DNA of 30,519 nucleotides from a virus (Duplodnaviria; Caudoviricetes), in the IMG/VR virus record IMGVR_UViG_3300046327_000110, positions 1-30,519 of that record. One strand, 5' to 3'. Position numbers and translations under genes: made by a program. How positions within the stretch are numbered: position 1 is the stretch's first letter; each line of letters opens with the position of its first letter. The notes below the pieces were generated by a model that had not been told where the DNA came from, made no database searches, and worked only from the letters and a program-made list of their open reading frames with translations. Shown one piece after another: positions 17,564-26,469 of this stretch.

Positions 17564-18133
17564 ATGGCGTCTGACAAAGAACGATATGAGCGAATTGCGA
17601 TGGACTCCAAGGGGAACCTTAGAGACGCTTGGAACCGTTTCGTAAAAGGATTCCAAGTTATTGAGGATTATAAATCAGAGATTACACAATCCGATAGAAT
17701 AGTGTCTAAATCGGAATTAAAGGCACTATTACAAAATAATGTATGTGAAGTGGTATTTGTAAGACGACGACCAGAAAGAGCACCCGTCCCCCCCAGAGTC
17801 AATATTAGAAGAATGATATGCACGAATTCCTTTTCCCTTTTAGCCTCATATAATGCCAAGATATCCTTAAATTTTAGACTTCCGAAAACAGGACGACGTA
17901 TAGATGAGAGTAAACATGATATAGTATGTGCTTGGGATATATTAATGCAGGATTATAGAAATATTTCTATATCAACTCCCGAGTCCCCATTTACTAACAA
18001 GGGTCCATCAAAATCCACTTGTTATTTAAGACAAACTATCCCAGCGGATGATACATTTTGGAAATACTATAACGACGTATTGATCAAGATGTCCCCAGAA
18101 CAAAAACTAAATTTTATGGATTCTGTGGGGTAG
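17564..18133 (+). CDS. WYL_2 / Sm-like SH3 beta-barrel protein (DUF2693-like)
   Basis: LKALLQNNVCEVVF...RRMICT...AWDILMQDYRNI pattern of the T4-like WYL_2 family. Confidence 0.65.
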   Translation: MASDKERYERIAMDSKGNLRDAWNRFVKGFQVIEDYKSEITQSDRIVSKSELKALLQNNVCEVVFVRRRPERAPVPPRVNIRRMICTNSFSLLASYNAKISLNFRLPKTGRRIDESKHDIVCAWDILMQDYRNISISTPESPFTNKGPSKSTCYLRQTIPADDTFWKYYNDVLIKMSPEQKLNFMDSVG

Positions 18134-18164
18134 TTGATTTTTATATTATTATTGTAATTAGTAT

Positions 18165-18500
18165 ATGCATAAGCTGGAAGAGGACTTAAAATTCTTAATG
18201 TTGAAGAATATTGAATTTAGAATTAACGATAAACTCCTTAAAAAAGGAAAGGTTAAGGTATTCAACACTAAACAATTTTTTATAAAGTTTAAATTGGAAA
18301 ATTCTGATGAAATTAAAGAATTTGAGATTCCATACCCATACAAGGTTTATAAAAACCCCAATGGATTTATATTCGATTACTGTCTTTCTGCATTTGTTCC
18401 AAAAACCGAAGAAGTTTATTGGAAGATGAAAACGTTCAACACTACAGATTCCTCTAAAATTCACGAAAAATACCTATATATTTTGGCCCTCTCCTCTTGA
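18165..18500 (+). CDS. hypothetical protein
   Basis: 111-aa beta-rich ORF; no recognised motif. Confidence 0.65.
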   Translation: MHKLEEDLKFLMLKNIEFRINDKLLKKGKVKVFNTKQFFIKFKLENSDEIKEFEIPYPYKVYKNPNGFIFDYCLSAFVPKTEEVYWKMKTFNTTDSSKIHEKYLYILALSS

Positions 18501-18525
18501 CATTCAGAGAACATCGGCGTATAAT
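18497..18525 (+). promoter_or_regulatory. Consensus sigma70 promoter
   Basis: TTGACA (18497-18502)-N17-TATAAT (18520-18525); ATG 18533 follows after 7 nt. Confidence 0.85.
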
Positions 18526-18532
18526 TTGACAA

Positions 18533-20146
18533 ATGACCAATTATTTATTAAACTTTCCCGATACATATACTCCGACGAAATCACAGGTCACTATCTTAAA
18601 AGGGGTTGAAAAGTATATAAATGATGATGTTAAATTCATCGTAATAAATGCTCCAACTGGTTCTGGTAAAACATTCATAGCCAAAACCATAGCCAATACC
18701 ACCCCCGAACCATCTGAAAACTTTAAAGAATGTGTTGACAATTATAGTATTTTTTCTGAAAGTGGTAGTGATCTAATAGAAGATGAACCGTTATTCGGAG
18801 CTTATGCATTAACCATCACTAAGTCTCTTCAGGATCAATATAAAAATACATTTTTCGACACTGGAATTTTAAAAGGTCAAAGTAACTATCAATGTGCCAT
18901 TGATGATAGTATGAGTGTTGATATAGCACCTTGTATTTATGTTAAGGGGTTGAAAAACGATTGTTGGAAAGTCAACAAATGTCCATATTACAATTCCAGA
19001 AACAATATGTTAAAGGAGAAATTCAGTGCGTTGAATTATAGTATGTTTTTTAATTTACCAGAACATCTTAAGAGAAGAAAAATAATTGTATGTGATGAAG
19101 GATCTGAATTAGAAGAACAATTAATTAGTCAATTTTCATGTGTGGTTGATATTCCATTTTTGGTGAAATGTGGTGTAGATCTAACATCCTTTCCATCAGA
19201 ACAGACCCCCTCCAAAATCTTAAAGTGGTTGAATGAAACATTAATATCTATAATAAATTCTATTGAAGAATTGAAATTATATCTAAAAGAACATAAGGGA
19301 TCTTCTGAATTTTTTAAGAAAACCAACGAATATACCAAGCTGATGAATCTACAAGGAAGTATGGAAATTTTAATAGCAACCTTTTATGATAGTGAATATA
19401 TTATAGAACGAGAAGATAAACTAATAAAATTCACACCTTTAAAGGTTGATAAATTATCCCAATATATTTTTAAACATGCTGATCATATCATTATAATGTC
19501 TGCTACTATTATTGATCATAAGAATTTTTGTAAAACTTTAGGGATTGCCGATTATAAGTATGTTGAAGTTGATACTGAGTTCGATCATACCAAAGCACCA
19601 ATTCATGTAATGGTTAAACAAAAATTAAATTATTCCAATTTAAAGGAGATGTTACCAACTTTAGCAAAACAAGTTCAGGGCATTCTTAAAGAACATGAAG
19701 GTGATAAGGGGATCATACACACCCACACCCAATATATAGCTGATTATATAAGAGATAATGTAAAGGGAAACCGATTATTATGTAGGGAATCCGGGGTTAG
19801 AAATGAGGAAATATTGGAATTACATGAGAATAGTGATTCTCCAACGGTATTGGTATCTCCAAGTATGACTTATGGGGTTGACCTGAAGGGGGATCTTGCG
19901 AAATTCCAAATTATAATGAAAGCACCTTGGCTACCAACTAAGGAAAAACGTGTGGAAAAGATGATGAAAATTGACAACCAGTGGTATTCCAATAAAATGC
20001 TATGCGCGTTGGTTCAATCATGCGGAAGAGGAGTTCGATCAAATGATGATGAATGTGTGACATACATACTTGACGGATCGATATTCGATGTTATACTCCG
20101 TAATCGATCAAGATTACCAAAGTATTTTTTAGACAGATTTGAATAA
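18533..20146 (+). CDS. DinG/Rad3(XPD)-like SF2 helicase with Fe-S cysteines
   Basis: APTGSGKT, KGQSNYQC...APC...C...CPYY, CDEGS, MSAT, GVDLKGD, QSCGRGVRSNDD, ILD. Confidence 0.88.
   Translation: MTNYLLNFPDTYTPTKSQVTILKGVEKYINDDVKFIVINAPTGSGKTFIAKTIANTTPEPSENFKECVDNYSIFSESGSDLIEDEPLFGAYALTITKSLQDQYKNTFFDTGILKGQSNYQCAIDDSMSVDIAPCIYVKGLKNDCWKVNKCPYYNSRNNMLKEKFSALNYSMFFNLPEHLKRRKIIVCDEGSELEEQLISQFSCVVDIPFLVKCGVDLTSFPSEQTPSKILKWLNETLISIINSIEELKLYLKEHKGSSEFFKKTNEYTKLMNLQGSMEILIATFYDSEYIIEREDKLIKFTPLKVDKLSQYIFKHADHIIIMSATIIDHKNFCKTLGIADYKYVEVDTEFDHTKAPIHVMVKQKLNYSNLKEMLPTLAKQVQGILKEHEGDKGIIHTHTQYIADYIRDNVKGNRLLCRESGVRNEEILELHENSDSPTVLVSPSMTYGVDLKGDLAKFQIIMKAPWLPTKEKRVEKMMKIDNQWYSNKMLCALVQSCGRGVRSNDDECVTYILDGSIFDVILRNRSRLPKYFLDRFE
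20070..20097 (+). promoter_or_regulatory. sigma70-type promoter inside the 3' end of the helicase gene
   Basis: TTGACG (20070-20075)-N16-TATACT (20092-20097) with extended TGn. Confidence 0.55.
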
Positions 20147-20147
20147 T

Positions 20148-21368
20148 ATGACATACGGAAACGGAAAGCCTAGAATTTGGAGAAAAGTGAGAAATAAAAA
20201 ATTAAAAATAAACGCACATATGAAAAATTTAAAAAAATATCTTGATGGATTCTACTGGTATGAAAAGTCAAACGATGAATTGTTTACCTCCAGAGCAACC
20301 CCATTAACTAATATAGATTACCCATCTACTTATCAAACATATTTTGGATTATCTCCAGTTTTATTCTTAAGGATTGTGGAAAAATACTTACCCCAAAATA
20401 AAATTAAAAAATTTGAGAATTATATAATATCCGAAGGATTTGATGTAATTGAGAGGGGGGTTGATTCATTTAAATACGTTCATCATAAAAGAAAAATTGT
20501 TATATCTGGGGATACAACCAATCAAACTGATATTGATGAGGAGGATGATGATGGGAATGGTGGGGAATACCCACCATTGACAATTGGTAGTAAAGAAGAT
20601 ACTATTTTTATATCCTGTCTCCCTACGATTGAAAATAAGATTTTTATTGAAAATTTTATTAAAAGTCTCAATAAATTTTTAATAGATGTATCTAAAGATA
20701 GTAATAAATTTTATCTGATTGCTCAAAATCAGAGCGGATTATTTACACAGAAAACAAAATTTAAATCAATTCCAATTAAAGGAAATCGATATGATTTATT
20801 TTATGGTGAAAAATTTCCACATGAAAAAATGAAAAGATTTATTGAAACAGAAACGGAAAATCTTATGTTATTACATGGTGATCCCGGAACTGGTAAATCA
20901 AATTATATTAAACATATTATAACAAATTCTAAAAAGAAGGTAATATATATTGCACCATCGATGCTTAGTGTTATATCATCTCCTCAATTTGTAACATTTA
21001 TGATGAATAACAAAGATTCAATTTTATTGATTGAAGATGCTGAAGAAGTATTATCAATTCAAAGAAATTCCGCTACAAATAATCTTTTAGGATTAACGGA
21101 TGGATTTTTAAAAGATTCTCTAGGATTGAAGGTGATAGCAACATTTAATTGTGATATTGGTCAAATAGATCCAGCATTGATGAGAAAGGGTCGTATGTTC
21201 TTAGAATATAAATTTTCCGAATTAAGTATTGATGAATGTGAAAAACTTGCAAATCATCTAGAAGTTGATCGACCAATAACTGAACCCATGACTCTTGCAG
21301 AGTTTTTCAATGTTGAAGACAATCATATTGAAAATTCATTTGAAAGTAGAAAAATAGGATTTATATGA
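20148..21368 (+). CDS. AAA+ ATPase
   Basis: LLHGDPGTGKS, LLIEDAE, ATFN, IDPALMRKGR, C-terminal KIGF. Start uncertain (TTG 20139, ATG 20148 or ATG 20220). Confidence 0.85.
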   Translation: MTYGNGKPRIWRKVRNKKLKINAHMKNLKKYLDGFYWYEKSNDELFTSRATPLTNIDYPSTYQTYFGLSPVLFLRIVEKYLPQNKIKKFENYIISEGFDVIERGVDSFKYVHHKRKIVISGDTTNQTDIDEEDDDGNGGEYPPLTIGSKEDTIFISCLPTIENKIFIENFIKSLNKFLIDVSKDSNKFYLIAQNQSGLFTQKTKFKSIPIKGNRYDLFYGEKFPHEKMKRFIETETENLMLLHGDPGTGKSNYIKHIITNSKKKVIYIAPSMLSVISSPQFVTFMMNNKDSILLIEDAEEVLSIQRNSATNNLLGLTDGFLKDSLGLKVIATFNCDIGQIDPALMRKGRMFLEYKFSELSIDECEKLANHLEVDRPITEPMTLAEFFNVEDNHIENSFESRKIGFI

Positions 21369-21601
21369 AATCAATAAACCCATATAAAGACGTTATAACG
21401 TTTGGAAAATATAAAGGAGAAATATTTGATGAGATTGCTGAAAAAGATCCAAATTATATTATATGGTTGAGTGAAAATGTAAAGACTATAAAATTACCAC
21501 AACGATATATTGATGCTGTCGAGATGGATGTTCGTGAGGAAGAATCGGAAGAATCGGAATATTTGGATGCATGGGGGAGTTGGATGAGTCGATATGATTA
21601 A
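21365..21601 (+). CDS. Small protein, exodeoxyribonuclease X C-terminal-like / DUF3820-like
   Basis: ITFGKYKGE...DPNYIIWL motif. Confidence 0.7.
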   Translation: MKSINPYKDVITFGKYKGEIFDEIAEKDPNYIIWLSENVKTIKLPQRYIDAVEMDVREEESEESEYLDAWGSWMSRYD

Positions 21602-21604
21602 ATA
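21599..21604 (+). promoter_or_regulatory. Late promoter core TAAATA
   Basis: 6 nt upstream of GTG 21611. Confidence 0.65.
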
Positions 21605-21610
21605 TGAATA

Positions 21611-22693
21611 GTGAACAAATATTCATATTTTCGGGAGCAATTTAACACACTCACTCAATTCGCAGCAGCATTTGATGGATGCTTTGTTTACAGATATACT
21701 AAAGATTTCCAACCAAAAGAGAAAATAAACGTAAGATATGTTTTTGGACCAAAGAATAGGGTTCTCTATGATATTGTGAATCAGGCTAAAAATATCACTC
21801 TTCCGGTGATATCCATGGAACAAAAGAATGTAAAGCGTGACTCTTCTAGAATCCAATTTAAGGATCAGAGAATGACCCGACCACACATCAACGATAAGAA
21901 CATATCGAGAATCCCAATGCCCGTTCCTGTGACTATGGATATAGATGTATCTATAGTTGCCAATTATAAGGAAGACATAGATCAAATAGCGTCTAATATT
22001 TTTCCATGGTGTAACCCATATTTTATAATATCTTGGAAAATTCCAGAAGAATTTGAATTGGATTTCACGGATGAAATCCGAACCGAAGTTACTTGGTCTG
22101 GAAACATTGATTATGAAAATCCAACGAATATAGATAATTCCGAAAAATACAAGATTGTCGGTAATACATCATTTACTGTTAAAGGCTGGATATTTCCAGC
22201 CTTGGAAACCCCACAAGCACCCATTTATGTTGTCAATACCAACTTTGTAGCTGTATCTAGTGGGGCTAATCTTCATGGTTATGATGAATATTGGTCATTA
22301 TCCGGTGATAATGCCACTACGGATAGTATATTAATATCCGCATATCCAGAGTTTACTAATTATTTTATAAATGGTATGGCATATACCACAATTAGTTTGA
22401 AATCCATAAACAATAAAACTTACGGATTTTATGGTAAAAGATTTGGGTTTGATAATAAATGGTATCTAAGTGCTACTCATGTCATACCAGAATTAACATT
22501 AGAAGAAATAAATACTGCAAAATTTCCCACTATTTCTGCTTATAGATTACCAAATAATATAATTACGACTATTAATGATAATATGGTATCAATCGGCTTA
22601 AGTTCTAATTATTTGAGTCTAAGTGGAACAGGTGTTTTTATAACGGCAAACGATGCTGGGTGGGCAGCTTCTACGTTTTTTTTTATAATATAA
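21611..22693 (+). CDS. gp15: Tail terminator / sheath stabiliser (T4 gp15-like) with C-terminal extension
   Basis: QFAAAFD, VRYVFGPK, TLPVISME, RDSSR, PVPV, DIDQI, FTVKGWIF; about 140 extra residues follow. Confidence 0.8.
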   Translation: MNKYSYFREQFNTLTQFAAAFDGCFVYRYTKDFQPKEKINVRYVFGPKNRVLYDIVNQAKNITLPVISMEQKNVKRDSSRIQFKDQRMTRPHINDKNISRIPMPVPVTMDIDVSIVANYKEDIDQIASNIFPWCNPYFIISWKIPEEFELDFTDEIRTEVTWSGNIDYENPTNIDNSEKYKIVGNTSFTVKGWIFPALETPQAPIYVVNTNFVAVSSGANLHGYDEYWSLSGDNATTDSILISAYPEFTNYFINGMAYTTISLKSINNKTYGFYGKRFGFDNKWYLSATHVIPELTLEEINTAKFPTISAYRLPNNIITTINDNMVSIGLSSNYLSLSGTGVFITANDAGWAASTFFFII

Positions 22694-22794
22694 ACTCCGA
22701 TGTTATAATATATAATGGATTGTTGACTGAACTTGGGGAAAATGTATTGACGGAGTTTGATGAGTATATACTAATAGATCAGTTGTTATTTTGA
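22684..22794 (+). other. Probable -1 frame continuation of gp15 after a T9 run
   Basis: T9 at 22676-22684; -1 frame reads YNINSDVIIYNGLLTELGENVLTEFDEYILIDQLLF then TGA (22792-22794). Confidence 0.6.
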
Positions 22795-22803
22795 ATTTTT
22801 AAC

Positions 22804-22809
22804 TAAATA
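22804..22809 (+). promoter_or_regulatory. Late promoter core TAAATA
   Basis: 6 nt upstream of the portal ATG at 22816. Confidence 0.7.
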
Positions 22810-22815
22810 ACATAT

Positions 22816-24633
22816 ATGGCAGGTATTCAGAATAATCCTAATAATAGGAGCAATTTATCCAGAGATGGAAAATCTGGAATGTACGATAGGTCAATGCAAA
22901 CCTATCTCAAGAACCGTTTACCTTATAATTATAGTGTATTAAACACGGACGAGGCTAAAAATACAAAATACAAATATTTCCAAAAGGTTGGAATGCGTAG
23001 ACCGGAAGCACTTGCCAAGAATTCGGTAACACTTAACAATCCATATAATAATACCGCTTTCTCCGCAATTGAAAGGGATAAGTCCTTTGGTGATATTATG
23101 TATGCTTCTGCGTCTGAGGATAAGCCGGGACGTTTAAGGGATTATAGAACCATGGCAGCATTCTCCGAAATTGCTGACGCATTGGATGAAATATGTGATG
23201 AAACTATTAATTCCGATGAGAATGATGAAATAGTTTTATTGAAATTTAAAAATACAGATCTGGATTCTGATAAGAAAAACGAAATTCAAGAGGAATGGAA
23301 CAAGTATATAGAATATTATGATCTGCATAATAATGGGTGGGCATTATTCCGCCAGTTTTTAACTGAAGGTGAGTTATTTTTTGAACAGATCATTCATGAA
23401 GAATATACCAATGCGGGTATATTGGGGATTATTAATATACCAGCAGATTTAATTGATCCTGTATATTCAAACATTCAAAATATGTTTGTAAAGGGATTTT
23501 TATATCAAAAACCAATATTCGATCCAAACGATCCAAAAAAGGTTGAAAAATATGAACCTATACCATTTGAAGAAAATCAAATTGTATACATAAACAACTC
23601 ATCATATAATGAAACAAAGGAATTTATAATTCCCTTTATTGAAAATTGTCGTAGAGCTTACAGACAATTATCCATGATCGAAGATGCCGTGGTTATCCAT
23701 AGAATGGTCCATGCTCCGTTACGATTCGTTTTTAATGTTGATGTGGGGACACTTCCGGTTCCCCAAGCAGAATCCTATTTAAGAAAGCTACAAGCCCAAT
23801 ATTGGTCTTCTAAGACATTTGATTCTGATCAAGGTGACATTGTTAAAAAGTATAGTCCACAATCAACGTTGGATAGTTATTGGTTTGCTAAACGTCAAGG
23901 ACAGGAACCAACCACAGTTAGTGAAATTGGTGGAACTCCGGGATTAGGAGAGCTTCATGATTTAATGTTCTTTATTAAAAAACTTTACAGATCATTAAAA
24001 GTTCCAACATCAAGACTTGATCCAGAAGATTCATTTAGGGATGGGACGGATATTCTTCGTGAAGAATTGAAATTCGCAACGATGGTAATGAGACAACAGA
24101 AGAAATTCGCTTCTGGTCTTAAAAGAGGATTCATTACTCATTTAAAACTAAAACAAATGTTTGAGGAATTAGACCTGACTGAATTGAACATAAACATTAT
24201 TTTTAATCCACCATCCAATTTTTATGATCTTAGAAATAATCAAAAAATGGAATTAAAAATCAATTCATATAACAATTTAATGTCTACTCAAAAAGTTTCC
24301 GATACATATGCTAAGAAAAAGGTTATGGGTTGGAATGATAAGGACATTCTCGCTGATCGTGAACTTCGCCGCAAGGATATGGAACTTGAATGGGAGTTGC
24401 AACAAATCATGGCAATGGGACCAGATTGGAAGAAACAATTATTACAACAAGCCCAAACAGGAGCACTCCCAGAAGGTGGTGATATGGGTGGTGGAATGAG
24501 TCCCGGTGGAGCGGGGGGAATGCCACCACCGTTTTCAGGAGGAGATGCGGCCCTTGGTGGTGATGAAATGATGCCACCTAATGCGGGTAATCCACCCGAA
24601 GCACCTATAGCTCCAGAGGAACCAGCAGCTTAA
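22816..24633 (+). CDS. gp20: Portal vertex protein (T4 gp20-like)
   Basis: YRTMA..EIADALDEI, QLSMIEDAVVIHRMVHAP.RFVFNVDVG, YWFAKR, KKLYRSLKVPTSRL, ILREELKF; Gly/Pro/Met-rich tail. Confidence 0.95.
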   Translation: MAGIQNNPNNRSNLSRDGKSGMYDRSMQTYLKNRLPYNYSVLNTDEAKNTKYKYFQKVGMRRPEALAKNSVTLNNPYNNTAFSAIERDKSFGDIMYASASEDKPGRLRDYRTMAAFSEIADALDEICDETINSDENDEIVLLKFKNTDLDSDKKNEIQEEWNKYIEYYDLHNNGWALFRQFLTEGELFFEQIIHEEYTNAGILGIINIPADLIDPVYSNIQNMFVKGFLYQKPIFDPNDPKKVEKYEPIPFEENQIVYINNSSYNETKEFIIPFIENCRRAYRQLSMIEDAVVIHRMVHAPLRFVFNVDVGTLPVPQAESYLRKLQAQYWSSKTFDSDQGDIVKKYSPQSTLDSYWFAKRQGQEPTTVSEIGGTPGLGELHDLMFFIKKLYRSLKVPTSRLDPEDSFRDGTDILREELKFATMVMRQQKKFASGLKRGFITHLKLKQMFEELDLTELNINIIFNPPSNFYDLRNNQKMELKINSYNNLMSTQKVSDTYAKKKVMGWNDKDILADRELRRKDMELEWELQQIMAMGPDWKKQLLQQAQTGALPEGGDMGGGMSPGGAGGMPPPFSGGDAALGGDEMMPPNAGNPPEAPIAPEEPAA

Positions 24634-24926
24634 TCGCAAAAACTAACGCAATTAAAAGCTGAGTTGAAATAATATTTTGTTCCTGAATTGGAATTTAAAT
24701 CTAATCCAGCATCACTTGGAACATTACACTCTAGGAAATAACTATTACTTCCTTTATTTGAAGACACATGTGTATAATGTGTTGATTGTCCCCATAATAT
24801 AAAGTCATTTGAGGATAACCCATAGTATTTACTACCACTATTTGAGGTTAATACCAAACCGGGATCGCTAGGAACATCACATGATATTCCATAATACTGC
24901 GTTCCTTTATTAGTATCTAAAGCCAT
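24630..24926 (-). CDS. Small internally duplicated protein
   Basis: TNKGTQYYGISCDVPSDPGLVLTSNSGSKYY is repeated as SNKGSNSYFLECNVPSDAGLDLNSNSGTKYY. Confidence 0.75.
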   Translation of the reverse strand: MALDTNKGTQYYGISCDVPSDPGLVLTSNSGSKYYGLSSNDFILWGQSTHYTHVSSNKGSNSYFLECNVPSDAGLDLNSNSGTKYYFNSAFNCVSFCD

Positions 24927-24929
24927 TTA

Positions 24930-25283
24930 TTAGGGTTGGTAAGGCTTATCAGTAACAGTAATTTTACCTTGCTGATCAATGGTAAAGGTATTTGTTGGAT
25001 ATGATAATTTAATATCTATACCTTCTACGGCGGCTACGGATTCTATATAATCCGTTAATCCGCCATGAAATTGAAAAATTTTAAGAGCATCCGATCCCAA
25101 TTCATCAATAACTTCTTGTGGGGTTAAATTCGGTTGATTCCAAACTGCTCGAACTCCGTTTTTTTGAACTTCTAATAAATATTTAAAGGTTTGCTTAGAC
25201 ATACCTTTGATATAATTAACTGTTTGTTGTAATTTTTCTTCTTTAGTTGGAAGAACAGGGCCGCTGTCTATTAAAAAACTCAT
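24930..25283 (-). CDS. hypothetical protein (late)
   Basis: Start moved from 25361 to ATG 25283 (MSFLIDSG), which has TAAATA 5 nt upstream and avoids overlap with gp13. Confidence 0.7.
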   Translation of the reverse strand: MSFLIDSGPVLPTKEEKLQQTVNYIKGMSKQTFKYLLEVQKNGVRAVWNQPNLTPQEVIDELGSDALKIFQFHGGLTDYIESVAAVEGIDIKLSYPTNTFTIDQQGKITVTDKPYQP

Positions 25284-25288
25284 GAATA

Positions 25289-25310
25289 TATTTAGTCTTT
25301 GGATTAAATA
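25289..25310. promoter_or_regulatory. Back-to-back late promoter cores TAAATA
   Basis: Minus 25289-25294 is 5 nt before ATG 25283; plus 25305-25310 is 10 nt before ATG 25321. Confidence 0.65.
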
Positions 25311-25320
25311 ATTACACAAT

Positions 25321-26469
25321 ATGTCTGATCTTTGCACCATAACTCCGATTTCTGCATTCATGTCAACTAACTTGAGTTCTAAAATTGATTGTTTTCAAGA
25401 ATTGGGACAACGAATTTTGAGAATGTTGGGTCATCCAATGATTAATGTTGAGATCCACCCGGACCAACTATATGATTCTATTTCACAAGCATGTGAGTTC
25501 TTTACAAAATATGCTGGGTATACAAAGGAATATTTGATTTTTGATTCTAATGTATATGAAAGAGATAAGGGAATTAGGCTGGATTACTTATATACAGTGG
25601 CAAAAACCGGATTCACATTATCTCAAAAATTAAACGATTCAACGGTTCCGAATCCCGACTCTGAAATAAAAATCAGAGAAAATCTATACATAACATTATC
25701 CACAATTCCATATAGCTACTTTTTAAGTTCATCCGCACTATCTGCGTCTATTCCAACAGATGGTATTACAGAAATGCAAATATTAGATGAAAGTTCATTT
25801 GCTCAATTAACTGCATATGATTCATCATTAACAAGCCTTTTTAGAATTTCCCCACAAAAACCATTTTTAGTTCAATGTGAACCAACTACGGCAAAAACAT
25901 ATAATAATATGTTTGACTATGATATAATGGATTATCGTAAAGTTATTGATGTAATAGATTTTGAAGAGGGTAGTAGTAGTGGTATAACAAGTTTGTTTTC
26001 AATGGAACAAACTTTAGCACAACAAACATTCTATAGTTATGCCATGGGAAATTTCGGATTTGACTTACTATCATGGCATACTGTAAAGGATTGGCAAGAT
26101 ACTAGAGAAAAATTATTAGCTATTCGAAGAGATATTCATTTCGATAATAGAACACAATATTTAAGATTTTACCCCCAACCAAAAGATTCCTCATCTTTTG
26201 TTGGTGTATTGGAATGTTATGTGGAAAGACCACTTAGAGATATAATTAAAGAAAAATGGGTATTAGAATATTCCGTTGCTCTGGCTAAAATCATGTGGGG
26301 AAGAATTCTTACTAAAATCAATGGAGTTACGTTATTAGGTGGTGGAACCATTAATGGAGAATTGGTGTTAAGTGAAGGAATTTCTGATAAAGAAAAACTA
26401 GAAACAATGTTAATGGAAGGCACTGGTGGATTCGCTAGTTATGACCCTCCGAGTATGCTAGTAAGGTAA
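25321..26469 (+). CDS. gp13: Neck protein (T4 gp13-like)
   Basis: LRMLGHPMINVEIHPDQL..SI..A.EFF and WVLEYSVALAKIMWGRILTK..GVTLLGGGTING. Confidence 0.9.
   Translation: MSDLCTITPISAFMSTNLSSKIDCFQELGQRILRMLGHPMINVEIHPDQLYDSISQACEFFTKYAGYTKEYLIFDSNVYERDKGIRLDYLYTVAKTGFTLSQKLNDSTVPNPDSEIKIRENLYITLSTIPYSYFLSSSALSASIPTDGITEMQILDESSFAQLTAYDSSLTSLFRISPQKPFLVQCEPTTAKTYNNMFDYDIMDYRKVIDVIDFEEGSSSGITSLFSMEQTLAQQTFYSYAMGNFGFDLLSWHTVKDWQDTREKLLAIRRDIHFDNRTQYLRFYPQPKDSSSFVGVLECYVERPLRDIIKEKWVLEYSVALAKIMWGRILTKINGVTLLGGGTINGELVLSEGISDKEKLETMLMEGTGGFASYDPPSMLVR

Noticed and set aside
18134-18164. Possible promoter for 18165 (TTGATT ... TAATTA)
   Set aside because: Spacing does not fit sigma70, and TAATTA deviates from the late core; too weak to call.
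21539-21562. Tandem GAAGAATCG repeat
   Set aside because: Simply encodes an acidic EESEESE stretch.
24460-24630. GC-rich low-complexity segment
   Set aside because: Encodes the Gly/Pro/Met-rich disordered tail common in gp20-like portals.
25284-25361. Upstream extension of the minus-strand ORF 24930-25361
   Set aside because: Runs across both late promoters and into gp13; ATG 25283 has the standard 5-nt promoter spacing.
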